Source: the human T2T-CHM13v2.0 reference genome, Homo sapiens. Taken from it: DNA of 64,000 bases. The position numbers and the translations under genes are program-made. The stretch lies in assembly GCF_009914755.1 (NCBI RefSeq), contig NC_060947.1; one strand, written 5' to 3'. This document shows positions 24,299 through 43,921 of the stretch, in pieces; within the stretch, counting starts at the first letter, position 1; each line of letters begins with the position of its first letter. The notes beneath the pieces are model-generated. The model made no database searches and had not been told where the DNA came from. It was given only the letters and a program-made list of their open reading frames with translations.

Positions 24299-24945
24299 GG
24301 CCAGGCACAGTGGCTCACGCCTGTAATCCCAGCACTTTGGGAGGTTGAGGTCGGAGGATCACTTGAGCCCAGGAGTTCAAGGACAACATATTGAGATGCC
24401 ATCTCTTGGGGGGGGGGGTGGGGAAGATGAAAGGAGATAAAAAAAGAGGTGATAGCCCATCAGTAAGGTGTTACTTTGTTAAAAGAGAGGAGGGGAGGGG
24501 AGAGAGGGAGAAGAGGGTGAGGAGGAGGAGAGTGGGGAGAGAAAAGGTGGGGAGAAAGAACAGAAGGGGACGAAAAAGAGAAAAGGGGAAAAGGAGAGAA
24601 GAAGGAGGCCAAAGGAAGAAAATCGGGAGAGAAGGAGGAGGGCACTTTGGGAGGCCAAAGCAGGCGGATCACTTGAGGTCAGGAGTTCGAGACCAGCCTG
24701 GCCAACGTGGTGAAGCCCTGTCTCTACTAAAAATACAAAAATTAGATGGGTGTGGTGGTATACACCTGTAATCCCAGCTACTCAGGAGGCTGAGGCAGGA
24801 GAATCACTTGAACCCAGGAGGCGGAGGTTGCAGTGAGCCGAGGTTGCACCACTGCACGAGACTCCGTCTCAAAAAAAGAAAAAAAAAAAAAAAAGAGGAG
24901 GGGAAGAGAAAGAGGAGGGGTGAGATGAGGAGGGAGAGAGGGAAT
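24299..24945 (+). repeat. Alu monomer, GA-rich low-complexity tract, 5'-truncated AluS, GA-rich tail
   Basis: Alu motifs 24299-24406 and 24643-24893; purine-rich 24480-24640 and 24894-24945. Confidence 0.8.
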
Positions 24946-25431
24946 AAATCTCCAAAACAAATAAAACAACATGTTTAAGATCACTAAACCTGGTTAGAGA
25001 TTACGCGGTTGTCTGCTCCATTATTTTTTTGTACCTTTCAGTAGGTTTGAAATATTTCATAACTAAAAAAAGATTTTAAAATGTATTATTAACCGGCAAC
25101 AAAATAATTATCATAATCATTTCAAACAATATTTTATTAGATGCTTAATGAAATTCTTGGAAATGGCATGTTCACAAATTCTCAACGCATAAATATGGAA
25201 CACAATTATCTGAAGTTCAATTTCCAAGACATTCACATATTTCACTCATGACTCTAAGACGGTCATAACATTAAAACAAAAACTCAAGGAAAAGCTAAAA
25301 GCAATTTTGCCTTTTTGGTAACTTTTAAATATCAATTAGTGGCCTTAGAGGCAAACCAAAGCTTAACAGGAAACCACGCTGAATTCCAAGTTTCCACTCG
25401 TGGTGCTACATTGTTTTAGAGGAAAGTTTGT

Positions 25432-25650
25432 CCACTTTGGCACTAGTGACATTTTGGGCTGGATAATTCTTTATTGGAGGGGGCTGTCCTGTGCATTGTG
25501 GGATGTTCAACAGCATCCCTGGTCTCTATCCAGCAGATGCCAGTAGTGCCACCTTCTCCCCAAGTCATGACCACCAAAAATGTCTCCGGACATTACCAGA
25601 TGTACCTTAGGGGGACAAAGTTGCTTCCAATTGAGAATGACTACTATAGA
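25432..25650. mobile_element. MER20 (hAT-Charlie)
   Basis: gacattttgggctggataattcttt...ggctgtcctgtgcattgt...ccaaaaatgtctccggacatt. Confidence 0.8.
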
Positions 25651-25836
25651 GGATATGGCCAATGATCTATGAGTGAGCTGATCTATCACTTACTGATTTC
25701 ACATAAGATTGATGTTTATCCCAACATTTAAAATTACTCTACAGTTTTCTTCAGTTCAGAGTATTCAATAGTTAAATAGCACCAATCCCTAGTTTTTTTC
25801 CTAATCTTAAAAAAAAATGGATTTAGCATATCTTAC

Positions 25837-25987
25837 TGGAAATCTGAGTCCATTAGTGACTTCATTTGTTGCCTCAAAAATTATATCTAACCAGAAGTTC
25901 AGCCGCTCTTGCCTGGGCGAGTGTTCAATAATGGTTTTCTTGAAGCGCCGAATTAGTAACAAGTTCTGAACTAATGATCGCAGGTAC
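25837..25987 (-). CDS. MAP3K15: MAP3K15 coding exon (probably exon 10)
   Basis: tttttccag|G...CCA|gtaaga; 151 nt; YLRSLVQNLLLIRRFKKTIIEHSPRQERLNFWLDIIFEATNEVTNGLRFP (inside ORF 25807..26040). Confidence 0.95.
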
Positions 25988-26302
25988 CTGGAAAAATCAC
26001 AAACAGCAATATATTGGATTCCTAAAGAAACTGAATTCAATTCAAGTCCCTTTAAAAGAAGCTTTCCAAAAGCTTTTATTCACTTAAATTCATATTATGT
26101 CATGAGTGCTTCATAAACGACTGCTCAGCAGCCACAAAACTAATTAAGAAAACACGAGCAGTAGGCAAAGTAAGTCCATCCAACAAAATAACACAACGTG
26201 GCTTTTTACCAACATTGTGCTAACCCCAATTTTAGTACCTACTGCCTAAAATGTGGAGATTGGAAAGCATGTGGTAACTGTTTTAAATAACAAGGGCAGG
26301 CA

Positions 26303-27603
<1,301 letters not shown>

Positions 27604-28814
27604 TAGTTCAAAGTTCAAAGCAATTACAAAATGACAAAATTTCAAACTCATTTTCTTTTTAATTAAACATGTTATTTTGAGGTAATTTTAGATTTACATG
27701 AAGTGCTAAGAACCAATACAGAGAGAACCCATATATCTTTGACCAGGTTTACTCCAATGGTAGCATCTTACAAAACTATAGTACAGTTTTTGGTAGAGCC
27801 AAGATGGCTGAATACGAACAACTCCAGTCGACAGCCCCCAGCATGAGCGATGCAGAAGACGGGTGATTTCTGCATTTCCAACTGAGGTACCAGGTACATC
27901 TCACTGGGGAGTGTTGGAAAGTGGGTGCAGGACAGGGGGTGCAGCGCACCAAGCGTGAGCTAAAGCAGGGCGAGGCACTGCCTCACCCGGGAAGCACAAG
28001 GGGTCAGGGAATTCCCTTTCCTAGTCAAAGCAAGGGGTGACAGACGGCACCTGGAAAATCGGGTCGCTCCCACCCTAATACTGCGCTTTTCCAATGGTCT
28101 TAGCAAATGGCACACCAGGAGATTATATCCCGCGCCTGGCTCAGAGGGTCCTACGCCCAGAGCCTCACTCATTGCTAGCACAGCAGTCTGAGATCAAACT
28201 GCAAGGCGGCAGTGAGGCTGGGGGAGGGGCGCCCACCACTGCCGAGGCTTGAGTAGGTAAACAAAGCCTCCGGGAAGCTCGAACTGGGTGGAGCCCACCT
28301 CAGCTCAAGGAGGCCTGCCTGCCTCTCTAGACTCCACCTCTGGGGGCAGGGCACAGCCAGACAAAAGGCATCAGAATCCTCTGCAGACTTAAATGTCCCG
28401 GTCTGACAGCTTTGAAGAGAGTAGTGGTTCTCCCAGCACGCAGCTCGAGATCTGAGAATGGACAGACTGCCTCCTCAAGTGGGTCCCTGACCCCCAAGTA
28501 GCCTAACTGGGAGGCACCCCCCAGTAGGGGCAGACTGACACCTCACACGGCTGGGTACTCCTCTGAGACAAAACTTCCAGAGGAATGATCAGGCAACAAC
28601 ATCTGCTGTTCACCAATATCCGCTGTTCTGCAGCCTCTGCTGCTGATACCCAGGCAAACAGGGTCTGGAGTGGACCTCCAGCAAACTCCAACAGACCTGC
28701 AGCTGAGGGTCCTGAGTGTTAGAAGGAAAACTAACAAACAGAAAGGACATCCACACCAAAACCCCATCTGTACGTCACCTTCATCAAAGACCAAAGGTAG
28801 ATAAAACCACAAAG

Positions 28815-29827
28815 ATGGGGAAGAAACAGAGCAGAAAAACTGGAAACTCTAAAAATCAGAGCACCTCTCCTCCTCCAAAGGAACGCAGCTCCTCACCAGC
28901 AATGGAACAAAGCTGGACGGAGAATGACTTTGACGAGTTAAGAGAAGAAGACTTCAGACAATCAAACTACTCCGAGCTAAAGGAGGAAGTTCGAACCCAT
29001 GGCAAAGAAGTTAAAAACCTTGAAAAAAAATTAGACAAACGGCTAACTAGAATAACCAATGCAGAGAAGTCCTTAAAGGACCTGATGGAGCTGAAAACCA
29101 AGGCACAAGAACTATGTGATGAATGCACAAGCCTCGGTAGCCGATTCGATCAACTGGAAGAAAGGGTATCAGTGATGGAAGATCAAATGAATGAAATGAA
29201 GTGAGAAGTTTAGAGAAAAAAAGAATAAAAATAAACGAACAAAGCCACCAAGAAATATGGGACTATGTGAAAAGACCAAATCTACATCTGATTGGTGTAC
29301 CTGAAAGTGACAGAGAGAATGGAACCAAGCTGGAAAACACTCTGCAGGACAGTATCTAGGAGAACTTCCCCAAACTAGCAAGGCAGGCCAACATTCAAAT
29401 TCAGGAAATACAGAGAACACCACAAAGATACTCCTCGAGAAGAGCAACTCCAAGACACATAATTGTCAGATTCACCAAAGTTGAAATGAAGGAAAAAATG
29501 TTAAGGGAAGCCAGAGAGAGAGGTCAGGTTACCCACAAAGGGAAGCCCATCAGACTAACAGCTGATCTCTCTGCAGAAACTCTACAAGCCAGAAGAGAGT
29601 GGGGGCCAATATTCAACATTCTTAAAGAAAAGAATTTTCAACCCAGAATTTCATATCCAGCCAAACTAAGCTTCATAAGTGAAGGAGAAATAAAATCCTT
29701 TACAGACAAGCAAATGCTGAGACATTTTCTCACCACCAGGCCTGCCCTAAAAGAGCTCCTGAAGGAAGCACTAAACATGGAAAGGAACAACCAGTACCAG
29801 CCACTGCAAAAACATGCCAAATTGTAA
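28815..29827 (+). pseudogene. L1 ORF1p, disrupted
   Basis: MGKKQSRKTGNSKNQS...QPLQKHAKL; premature TGA and indels near 29202-29222. Confidence 0.92.
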
Positions 29828-29890
29828 AGACCATCAAGGCTAGGAAGAAACTGCATCAACTAATGAGCAAAATAACCAGCTAACATCATA

Positions 29891-33703
<3,813 letters not shown>

Positions 33704-34289
33704 ACAATGAGAACACATGGACACAGGAAGGGGAACACCACACACCGGGGCCTGTTATGGGGTGGGGGCGGGGGAGGGTTAGCATTAGGAGATATATCTA
33801 ATGTTAAATGATGAGTTAATGGGTGCAGCACACCAACATGGCACATGTATAGATATGTAAGTAACCTGCACGTTGTGCACATGTACCCTAAAACTTAAAG
33901 TATAATAAGAAAAAAAGAAAAAAAAGAAAAAAAAAGAACTATAGTACTGTATCACAACCGGGATGTTGTCACTGATACAAGGCAAGTTAGAGAAATTTCC
34001 ATCCCCACAGGGACCCCTTGTGTTGCCTTCCCACCATCACGCCTACCTCCCTCCCATCCCACCCCCTCCCTTACTTCTGGCAATCACTAGTCAAACTCAC
34101 TGTCTTTTATTTTTTGAAATATTAGAATCTGACTAGGTAGATTTTGATGTTATGACATCTTGACTCTGACCACACCTTTGCTCTTTTCAGGCAAACTGAA
34201 CTTTTTGGAATATAGTTGCCAGGCAGTGGTGGTCACAACCTCTTTGGTACTAAACGGAATGGTTCAACTGAAAGCATCATAGTATTATT

Positions 34290-34915
34290 TTGCTCTTTAA
34301 GGATAAAAGCTGGAGCTATCCTGGGAAGATAGGCCAGCTAGACTCCAACCGACTTGCTTGGGCACTCAGCAGGCCTGTGTTGTCCCAACTCCACACATTC
34401 AAAAGAAAGATCTGGCCCTGGACTGGCTATTGGGAGATCACCTCTAAGCCCTTGGGATATACTGCCAGCTAAGAGCATCTCTGTTTATCTGGGACCTTGG
34501 GCCATCCCAGATAGTCTATGCTAACGATATGATTCATCTTCGGGGCCCTGGGCCACACTGTATCAGTTCGACCTCTAGAGAGGTTGGAGCTGAGGTATTA
34601 ATATCAGCTGCATGAAGACTCCATGCCCACATGACCCATCCCCAATAAAAACCCTGGACATTAAGGCTCAATGAGCTTTACTGGTTGGCAAGATTTCATG
34701 CATGTTGTCACACATTTTTGCTGGGAGAATTAAGCACTATTCACATGACTCCACTGGGAAAGGACAACTGGAAGCTTGCACGTGGTCTCTCCTGGACTCT
34801 ACCCTATGTACCTTTCTGCCTTTGCTGATTTTAATCTGTATCCTTTCATTGTAATAAACCATAACTAAGAGTGTAACAGCTTTTCTGAGTTCTGTGAGTC
34901 CTTCCAGCAAATCAT
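34290..34915 (+). mobile_element. MER21-like solo LTR
   Basis: cccaataaaaaccctggac...ctgattttaatctgtatcctttcattgtaataaacc...ttttctgagttctgtgagtccttc. Confidence 0.65.
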
Positions 34916-35119
34916 GTATATATACACACACACACACACACATATATACACACATATATGTACACACATATATATACATATATATACACATATATATACA
35001 CACATATATACACACATATATATACACATATATATACACACATATATATACATATATATATATATTTTTTTATGCTTTAAGTTCTAGGGTAAATGTGTGC
35101 AACATGCAGGTTTGTTACC
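34916..35119. repeat. (TA/CA)n compound microsatellite abutting a ~50-bp antisense L1PA 3' terminus
   Basis: tatatacacaca array to ~35064, then ctttaagttctagggta..tgtgcaacatgcaggtttgttac. Confidence 0.85.
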
Positions 35120-35238
35120 ACAATTCTAACGGAGCTTCATGTCTATGGGGAAATCCAATACTGTCCACCCCTCCTGGGCCTTTCCCTACAAGTCACATGC
35201 CAAACACATATTTTTAATTAAAACAAGATCATATAGAA

Positions 35239-35734
35239 CAGTGGTTCTCAAAGTGTGGTCACCAGAGCAGCAGCAGCAGCTTGTAATTTGTAAGTGCAAA
35301 TTCTCAGGCGTCCACCCCAGACCTACTGGGCCAGAAATTCTGAGAGTGGGCCCAGCAATCTGTGTTTTCTTTCTTTATTTTACCTATTTATTTTTGAGAC
35401 AGGGTCTCACTCTGTCACCCAGGCTGGATTGCAGTTGTGCAATCACAGCTCGCTGCAGCCTTGACCTCCCAGGCTCAAGCGATCCTTCTACCTCTGCCTT
35501 CCCGAGTAGCTGGGACCACAGGCGTGCACCACCATGCCTGGCTATTTTTTTTTTTTTTTGTAGACACTGGGTCTCACTCTATTACCCAGTCTGGTCTCAA
35601 GCTACTGGGCTCAAGCAATCCTCCCACCTCGGCCTCCGAGAGTGCCAGGATTACAGGTATAAGTCACTACACCCAGTCTGTGTTTTAATCAACATAGGTT
35701 GATTCTGACACACAACAGAATTTGAGAACCACTG
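35239..35734. mobile_element. MER5A split by an antisense AluJ (~35375-35675)
   Basis: cagtggttctcaaagtgtgg...tttgagaaccactg termini; tctgtgtttt duplicated around the Alu. Confidence 0.8.
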
Positions 35735-36262
35735 ATACAGAAAAACTTACCCGGGGACTGGCTTTTCTTACTCTACAACAAACCACGAACACACTTCCAC
35801 ATCTCCAAACATTCTTTCCTGCACATTTAAATGGCCGTGTAAGGCTGTTGCTGTGCCACCGTTTTATTTACCATACCCTATTATTGTTCTTTTAGTTCCA
35901 GTTTTCATTTGTGATAAACATTTTCTTGGTGTGCTTTTTTCATTTTATTATATGCTTTCTCACAAATGCATAATACATACTAGTAGCCAAGAGTGTTTTT
36001 CTCTTGAGGACCTAGACAACCTGCAGAAATTAATAGAATAGAAGGCCTAATCTCAGGGGTGGAGCAGGCAGGGATATATTCTGTGTGGATCTGTCTTTCC
36101 CTCCCTTCACATAAAAGCAAGGGAATTCTCAGAGCAGTTGTGTCTGTGCTAACTTTGCTTTAATGAAAAGTCAGAAGGAGAAACATAGTGATTATAAGGA
36201 AGACATTTCAGAACAAGATCATGTATTGAGATGGGTGATGACAACACACAGACACAACTCAC

Positions 36263-36422
36263 CAGACTGGAGGTTTCAGTTTGAACAACCTCTCTGCTGC
36301 CTGGACGGCTTTCCCGACATCATGGGCCAGCATGCTGACGCTGAAGAACTGACCCACATCCCAGTAATTGTTCATTTTCTCCAAGCTCCCTTTTCTTCCC
36401 AACAAACTGTTCAGCCGGACAC
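36263..36422 (-). CDS. MAP3K15: MAP3K15 coding exon (probably exon 9)
   Basis: ttcttaag|GT...TG|gtgagt; 160 nt; GVRLNSLLGRKGSLEKMNNYWDVGQFFSVSMLAHDVGKAVQAAERLFKLKPPVW. Confidence 0.95.
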
Positions 36423-36568
36423 CTTAAGAATTTGAATTTTTGATAGTCAGAATAATCTTTTTTAGTTTCTGTCATACTGAGGATAAGCAGGTATTTTATT
36501 TTGGCTGCTGTCTCAGGTGTGCTATAGGAAAAGTAACTGATTGTTCCTTTTGAAATATAATTCTAGTA

Positions 36569-36860
36569 GTACGGGCACGGTGGCTCACGCCTGTAATCCC
36601 AGCACTTTGGGAGGCTGAGGTAGGCGGATCACTTGAGGTCAAGAGTTCGAGACCAGCCTGTCCACCATGGTGAAACCCCATCTCTACTAAAAATACAAAA
36701 AAAATTAGCTGGGCGTGGTGGTGGGCACCTGTAATCCCAGCTACTCAGGAGGCTGAGGCAGGAGAATTGCTTGAACTCGGGAGGCGGAGGTTGCAGTGAG
36801 CCAAGATCACACCACTACACTCCAGCCTGGGCAACCGAGCAAGACTCTGTCTCAAAAAAA
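36569..36860 (+). mobile_element. AluS in the short intron between exons 8 and 9
   Basis: Full Alu; gaaatataat at both flanks. Confidence 0.9.
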
Positions 36861-36962
36861 GAATAGAAATATAATGATATAATGCTAGTTATTTCAACAT
36901 AACTTTTAATGCCAAACTTGTATAATCAAAGCAACAACATCTGCAATAATAAGCAGCTTTAC

Positions 36963-37075
36963 CTATTTTCCTTAGTTCCAAGGAAGTTTCAAATTGTTGT
37001 CCAGCAACAATCAGCAAAACTGCAAGATTAATTCCCGAATAGAGGGATGACTGGAGTTCAAACCCTTTGCGATAC
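36963..37075 (-). CDS. MAP3K15: MAP3K15 coding exon (probably exon 8)
   Basis: tatag|G...G|gtaaag; 113 nt; [37 protein letters not shown]. Confidence 0.95.
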
Positions 37076-37264
37076 CTATAATTACAGAACCACCAAAGTA
37101 TTATTATATTACAACAAAAAATGTTTAAATAATGGTATAAACCAACTTTCTCATGAAAAGTTTTCTTTCTCTAAATTTGTTGTTGCCCATTCCCCTCGCC
37201 TCCCACCACCACCTTTACCAACAGCCACATGCAGCTCTCTAGTAACTTTAAAAATGTCTTAATA

Positions 37265-38038
37265 GGCCAGGCACCGTGGCTCATGCCTGTAATCCCAGCA
37301 CTTTGGGAGGCCGAGGCACGTGGACCACTTGAGGCCAGGAGTTTAAGGCCAGCCTGGCCAAAACGGTGAAACCCCATCTCTGCAAAAAAACTACAAAAAT
37401 TAGCTGGGTGTGGTGGTGTGTGCCTGTAATCCCAGCTACTCGGGAGGCTGAGGCAGGAGAATTAGCTTGAACCCGGGAGGTGGAACCTGCAGTGAGCCAA
37501 GATCGTGCCACTGCACTCCAGCCTGGGTGACAGAGCGAGAATCTGTCTCCAAAAAAAAAAAAAAAAAAAAAAAAAGTCATAATAGCAACACAGTAACTTA
37601 CACTAGGGAGTTTTAATTTTTTTTTGCTCATAGGATTTTTATTATAAAAGCCTCAGGGACTATATAAAATAGGGAAATCATCATGAAGTACACAAAAGAA
37701 ATTTAAAATCAATTCTAATCCTACTCCCAAAAGATCACCACGATTTGATGTCTGGAGTACAGTGGTGTAATCATAGTTCACTGCAGCCTGAAACTCCTGC
37801 ATCTAAGCAATCCTTCCACCTCAGCCTCCCAAGCAGCTAGGACCACAGGTTTGTGCCATCATGCACACACCTATGCATTTTTTTTTTCATTTTTTAAAAC
37901 ACAGGGTCTCACTCTGTCACCCAGGCTGGAGTGCAATGGCACAATCATAGCTGCAGCCTTGAACCCCTGGGCTCAAGCGATCCTCCCACCTCAGCCTCCC
38001 AAGTAGCTGGGATTACAGACATGAGCCACCCTGCCCAC
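37265..38038. mobile_element. AluS (+, 37265-37575) and antisense AluJ fragments (~37752-38038)
   Basis: Alu consensus motifs. Confidence 0.85.
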
Positions 38039-39379
38039 CTAAACCTTGTTTCTAAAGTTGGATTCCAATTATGCATTGAGTATTTTTTATTACATCGAAA
38101 TGGCATCAATGGTAGGCCATTTCTCTGCAAGCTGTTTGTTTGCTTTTAACAATATGGAGTTGTTTTTTCATGCAGGAAGCCGTATTGCCAAAATCCTGGA
38201 TCCCAAATAACTATAGGAGCAGTGGCAAAGTGAGGCCAGGGACAGGGATCTACTATATCAGGATAAGCAACAGGATACAAAATTGGGAATCCTATTTTTA
38301 CACCAAAGGTTAACAGTGACATTTTCACTCTCATCTTTTTCTATACATGAAAAGTTCATTTCTGTTCTATGAACGAGTATGAAAATTATAGGCAGGAAAA
38401 AAAGAACTCAATGAAGTAATGACACAAATGTCTTTAAGTGGCACCATTTATACCAAAGACTTGCTAGTAGTAATTTTGTCACTTATGTGATGGCAAGAGA
38501 ATTCAACAACAAAATATTAATTCTTGAAAGGAGAAGTTATCATTGAAGTCAGTTAAAATATGGCATTATCAATTCTGAGGCATAATACAAATACCCTCAG
38601 ATCAGAGGACACCGAGAAAGTCCTTCCTACCTTAGTCAACAAAATTCAACCCTTTTTTTCCTGTGTGTTTTGGGAATTTTAAATTCTACATCCTTCTAGA
38701 TGTGACTGTTTTATTTTCTTTTACTATGAAAAGTCATACTGAGAAGAGGGCAGAAAGGGTTGCTCCTCCAGAAGTCAAGCAGGCCCAACTTAGGGGCAGA
38801 GAAGATCTGAACTCCAGGCAGGACCATAGTTCCAGATTCACCACTAACCAGCCCTGTGGTCTTGGACCAGCTCCCTACCTCCCTGAGCCATATGCTCCGT
38901 GTCTGCACTGGAGAGTGTGGGTTAGATGATATCCAAGATAGATCTTATCCACAGCCACCACGCCCTGAGCAGAAGACGAAGCTTCATTTGCTTCTGCACC
39001 TACCGCCACCACCTTCTGAAGCCGCTGGAGAAAAACTCCTAGGACTTTCTTGAAGGAACCAAAGGCAGTGATTTTCTGACCTGGGGACTGAATTCCCCAC
39101 CACCATAGTGGGAACACAGTTTTCTGTTTTGGCTTTACCAAACATTAACTTCCCTTCGATACCCTGAGTGACTCCTCTCCACCACATGGTGCATTAGGAA
39201 CTACTGGAAATTTAAAAAAAGAAAATGAGGTCATTATGTTCCAAGGACTTACACTATGGTGGAAGGGAATAAGATCTACACATAATTAGTGACAATGTAA
39301 GCAAGAATATGGTATCTTAAAATCACACAAATTCAAGTCTGGAGGAACTCACAGAAGACATATAGGGCTATCTCACCTA

Positions 39380-39817
<438 letters not shown>

Positions 39818-40489
39818 TTAGTTGGACACACACCAGGTAGTGGGAAACAAGGCTAGAGGTAGGTTGGAGAAAGTGTTCAGGACACCTAGAATGGTGATCT
39901 GAGAGTCTGAATTTTTATATAGCAGGGAGCAGGGAGCCATGGTGGGTTCTTGAGCTTTAGGAAGAATAAGCTATAAATCTGTGAAGGATAGACTGAGCAG
40001 ACAGCAAGCAGGGAGTCTACTTGGGTACTGTTAGAACATTCCTGGCAAGAAAGTTAAAAAGAAAATGGCAGTGACTGGGGGCAGTGGTGATGGGAAAGGA
40101 CTGGCAAGCAGTGAAAGAAGGCTCGCAGAAGGGCTGCAAATGGGGCCTGACTGGACGGGGAGGTAAGTGAGCAAAATGAATCCAACACTGACTGAAAGTT
40201 TAGACCTAGGAGGGTAGAGAATAGTAGTAAGAAAGTAAGACATTGGAAGCCATACCTTGTGGAGAAGAGTAAATGACTTCAGCCTTCAAAATGTTGAGTC
40301 TGAAATATCAACATCATCTTGAGGTAGAACAGGTGGACAAAGGGGGGGAGGTGTAAGGCCATCACTTAGGATGTTGGGTTGGAGAGCTCCAGCTAAGGGT
40401 CCCTAGGTGTGAGAGTGGCTGGGATTGTCAGAGAAGTAAGTGTGGATGGAGAGAAGGTGGGGAGGACAGAGCCTCCTGTGTGTATGAAA

Positions 40490-40492
<3 letters not shown>

Positions 40493-40554
<62 letters not shown>
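40493..40554. repeat. (GA)~30 microsatellite
   Basis: Uninterrupted AG dinucleotide run. Confidence 0.97.
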
Positions 40555-40557
<3 letters not shown>

Positions 40558-40766
40558 GCAGTTAGAATTGAATGAAAGCAGAACAGCAATGTCAAGAGCT
40601 CTTATGATGGAAATGAATGATGTGGGCCTGTTGGTTCCACCTTCGGAATATATCCTGCATCCAACTTTCTCAACATTTTTGTCCCCACCACCCTGGCTCA
40701 AGCCACCACCAGCTCTCCCCTGAATTACTGCTATATTCTCCTGTTCCCTGCTTCTGTCCTTGTCCC

Positions 40767-41286
40767 TGTGATAGACTGTTTAATGGCCACAAATTCCTCC
40801 CATCGCAATATGCATGCACCTTTGCAATGCAACTTTGCTATTCCTCCTAGCCAGAGGTGGAGCACATTCCTCCACCCTTTTGAATGTGGGCGGACCTTGT
40901 GATTTGCTTTGACCAATAGCATGTGGCAGAAGTAACCACGTGTGAGTTCCCGAACCTAAGCCTCTAGAGGCTTTGCTGCTCCCTTGTTCACTCTCTTAGA
41001 GTTCTGCATACCAGGTAAGAAAGCTGGTCTACCAGGATTAGAACCACATGGTGGAGAGCTAAGGTACAGTATCAGTAGCCAACACCAGCTGCCAAATGTG
41101 TACGGGGTCATTTGGATCTTCCAGCCACACCTGACCCTACAGCTGACTTCAGTTTTAGAAGCCAGCCCAGGTGAAGCCAGCAGAAGAAGTGCCTGGCAAA
41201 GCCACAGAATCATGAAAAATCATAATCATTGCTGTTCGAAGCTGCTAAGTTTTGGGGTTGTTACGCAGCAAGTGATAGCTGATACA
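40767..41286. mobile_element. MLT1-type (ERVL-MaLR) solo LTR within L2 relics
   Basis: tgtgatagactg...gatttgctttgaccaatagcatgtggcagaagt...ttttggggttgttacgcagcaa...gataca. Confidence 0.7.
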
Positions 41287-42169
41287 CTCCCTAAAATATA
41301 TTCTTTGCATAACAGTGAGTACTCTTGTTAAAATGCATGTCCAATCTTGTCACTCCTCTGCTCAAACCCTCCATTTGATGTTCCTTCTCACTCAGAGCAA
41401 GAAGGTCTTACCCTCTTCCTGTTTCATGTTGCTCTCCACTCACCCCTTGCTTAGTGCTGACCATCCTGGAGTGTGCCTGCCATGCTTCATCCTCAGAGTC
41501 TCTGCCCTTGCTGTTTCCTCCACCAAGAACACTTTCTCCAGTTATCTGTGAAGTTCACTCCCTTATCACTTTTCTATCTTTAGGCACCTTCACTGACTAC
41601 CCTATTTAAAATTGCAGACCACCCCTCCGAGCCCTCCTTTATCCCCTTCCCTGCTTAACCTTTCCCCATAGCCCTCAGATGACATCCTAATGTGTCACTT
41701 TCTTTAACTTCCCTCACCAGCAATGCAAGGCCCCCAAGGGCAGGATTCACGTCCGTTGTGTCTGTATCCCCACCACCTAGAAAAGTTTCTGGCACACAGT
41801 AAGCCATCACTGAACATTGTTAAATAAATGAATGAATAAGTGAATGAATGAACAGATCACTGGGAAGATGATGCCCTGGTGGTGGTGGACAAGGCTCTGG
41901 AAGTGGGAGCTCGGAAGGAGTGTGCTGGGCCTCCTTCTTGGCCCATAAACAAGTGTACCTGTGGGAAGAGTGTGACCAGTAGAAAACCCTGTTTCTCATG
42001 GTTTTCTCTCAAAAAGGGAATCTGAAAATTCCCAGACCACATTTACTACAAATGTTTGCTCCCTGCCAACAGACAGACATATACATAAGGAAGAGATGCA
42101 CATCCTTAGCCTATGCGATTCTGTTCCTTGAAGAGATGCAAGTGCTCATAACTCGGGCTGAGGGTTTAC

Positions 42170-42340
42170 CACTCAATGGCGCTGTCGCGGCTGGTGTCAT
42201 CTTTGCAGTCTGAATCCAAGAAGATGTCCTTGTAGATCCTCCCACACAGGCAGAACATGTCGGGGCCCGGGTGATCACAGCTCTGCAGAACCTGGAGCAT
42301 GATCTGCAGAGCCTTCTCACGGTCACCTGTGCTGTTTCTC
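42170..42340 (-). CDS. MAP3K15: MAP3K15 coding exon (probably exon 7), TPR-like central regulatory region
   Basis: tatctttcag|G...TG|gtaaac; 171 nt; RNSTGDREKALQIMLQVLQSCDHPGPDMFCLCGRIYKDIFLDSDCKDDTSRDSAIEW. Confidence 0.95.
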
Positions 42341-42395
42341 CTGAAAGATAGATGTTATAAGGTCACAAATGAATCAATCAAGACAATGGAGTAGA

Positions 42396-43759
<1,364 letters not shown>

Positions 43760-43921
43760 TAAAGATACACACTTAAATATCTGGGGATAAAATGGTATGT
43801 CTTTGCTTTGTAATAAATCCAGCATTGGGGTATAAAAGAGTGGGTGGGGGCAAAGGGGAACAAAATTGGCCATGCAATGATAATTATCAAAGTGGATATG
43901 GGGTAGATGGGGGTTTATTAT

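Noticed and set aside
34737-35217. YIHT / MCIY low-complexity ORFs
   Set aside because: TA/CA microsatellite translation
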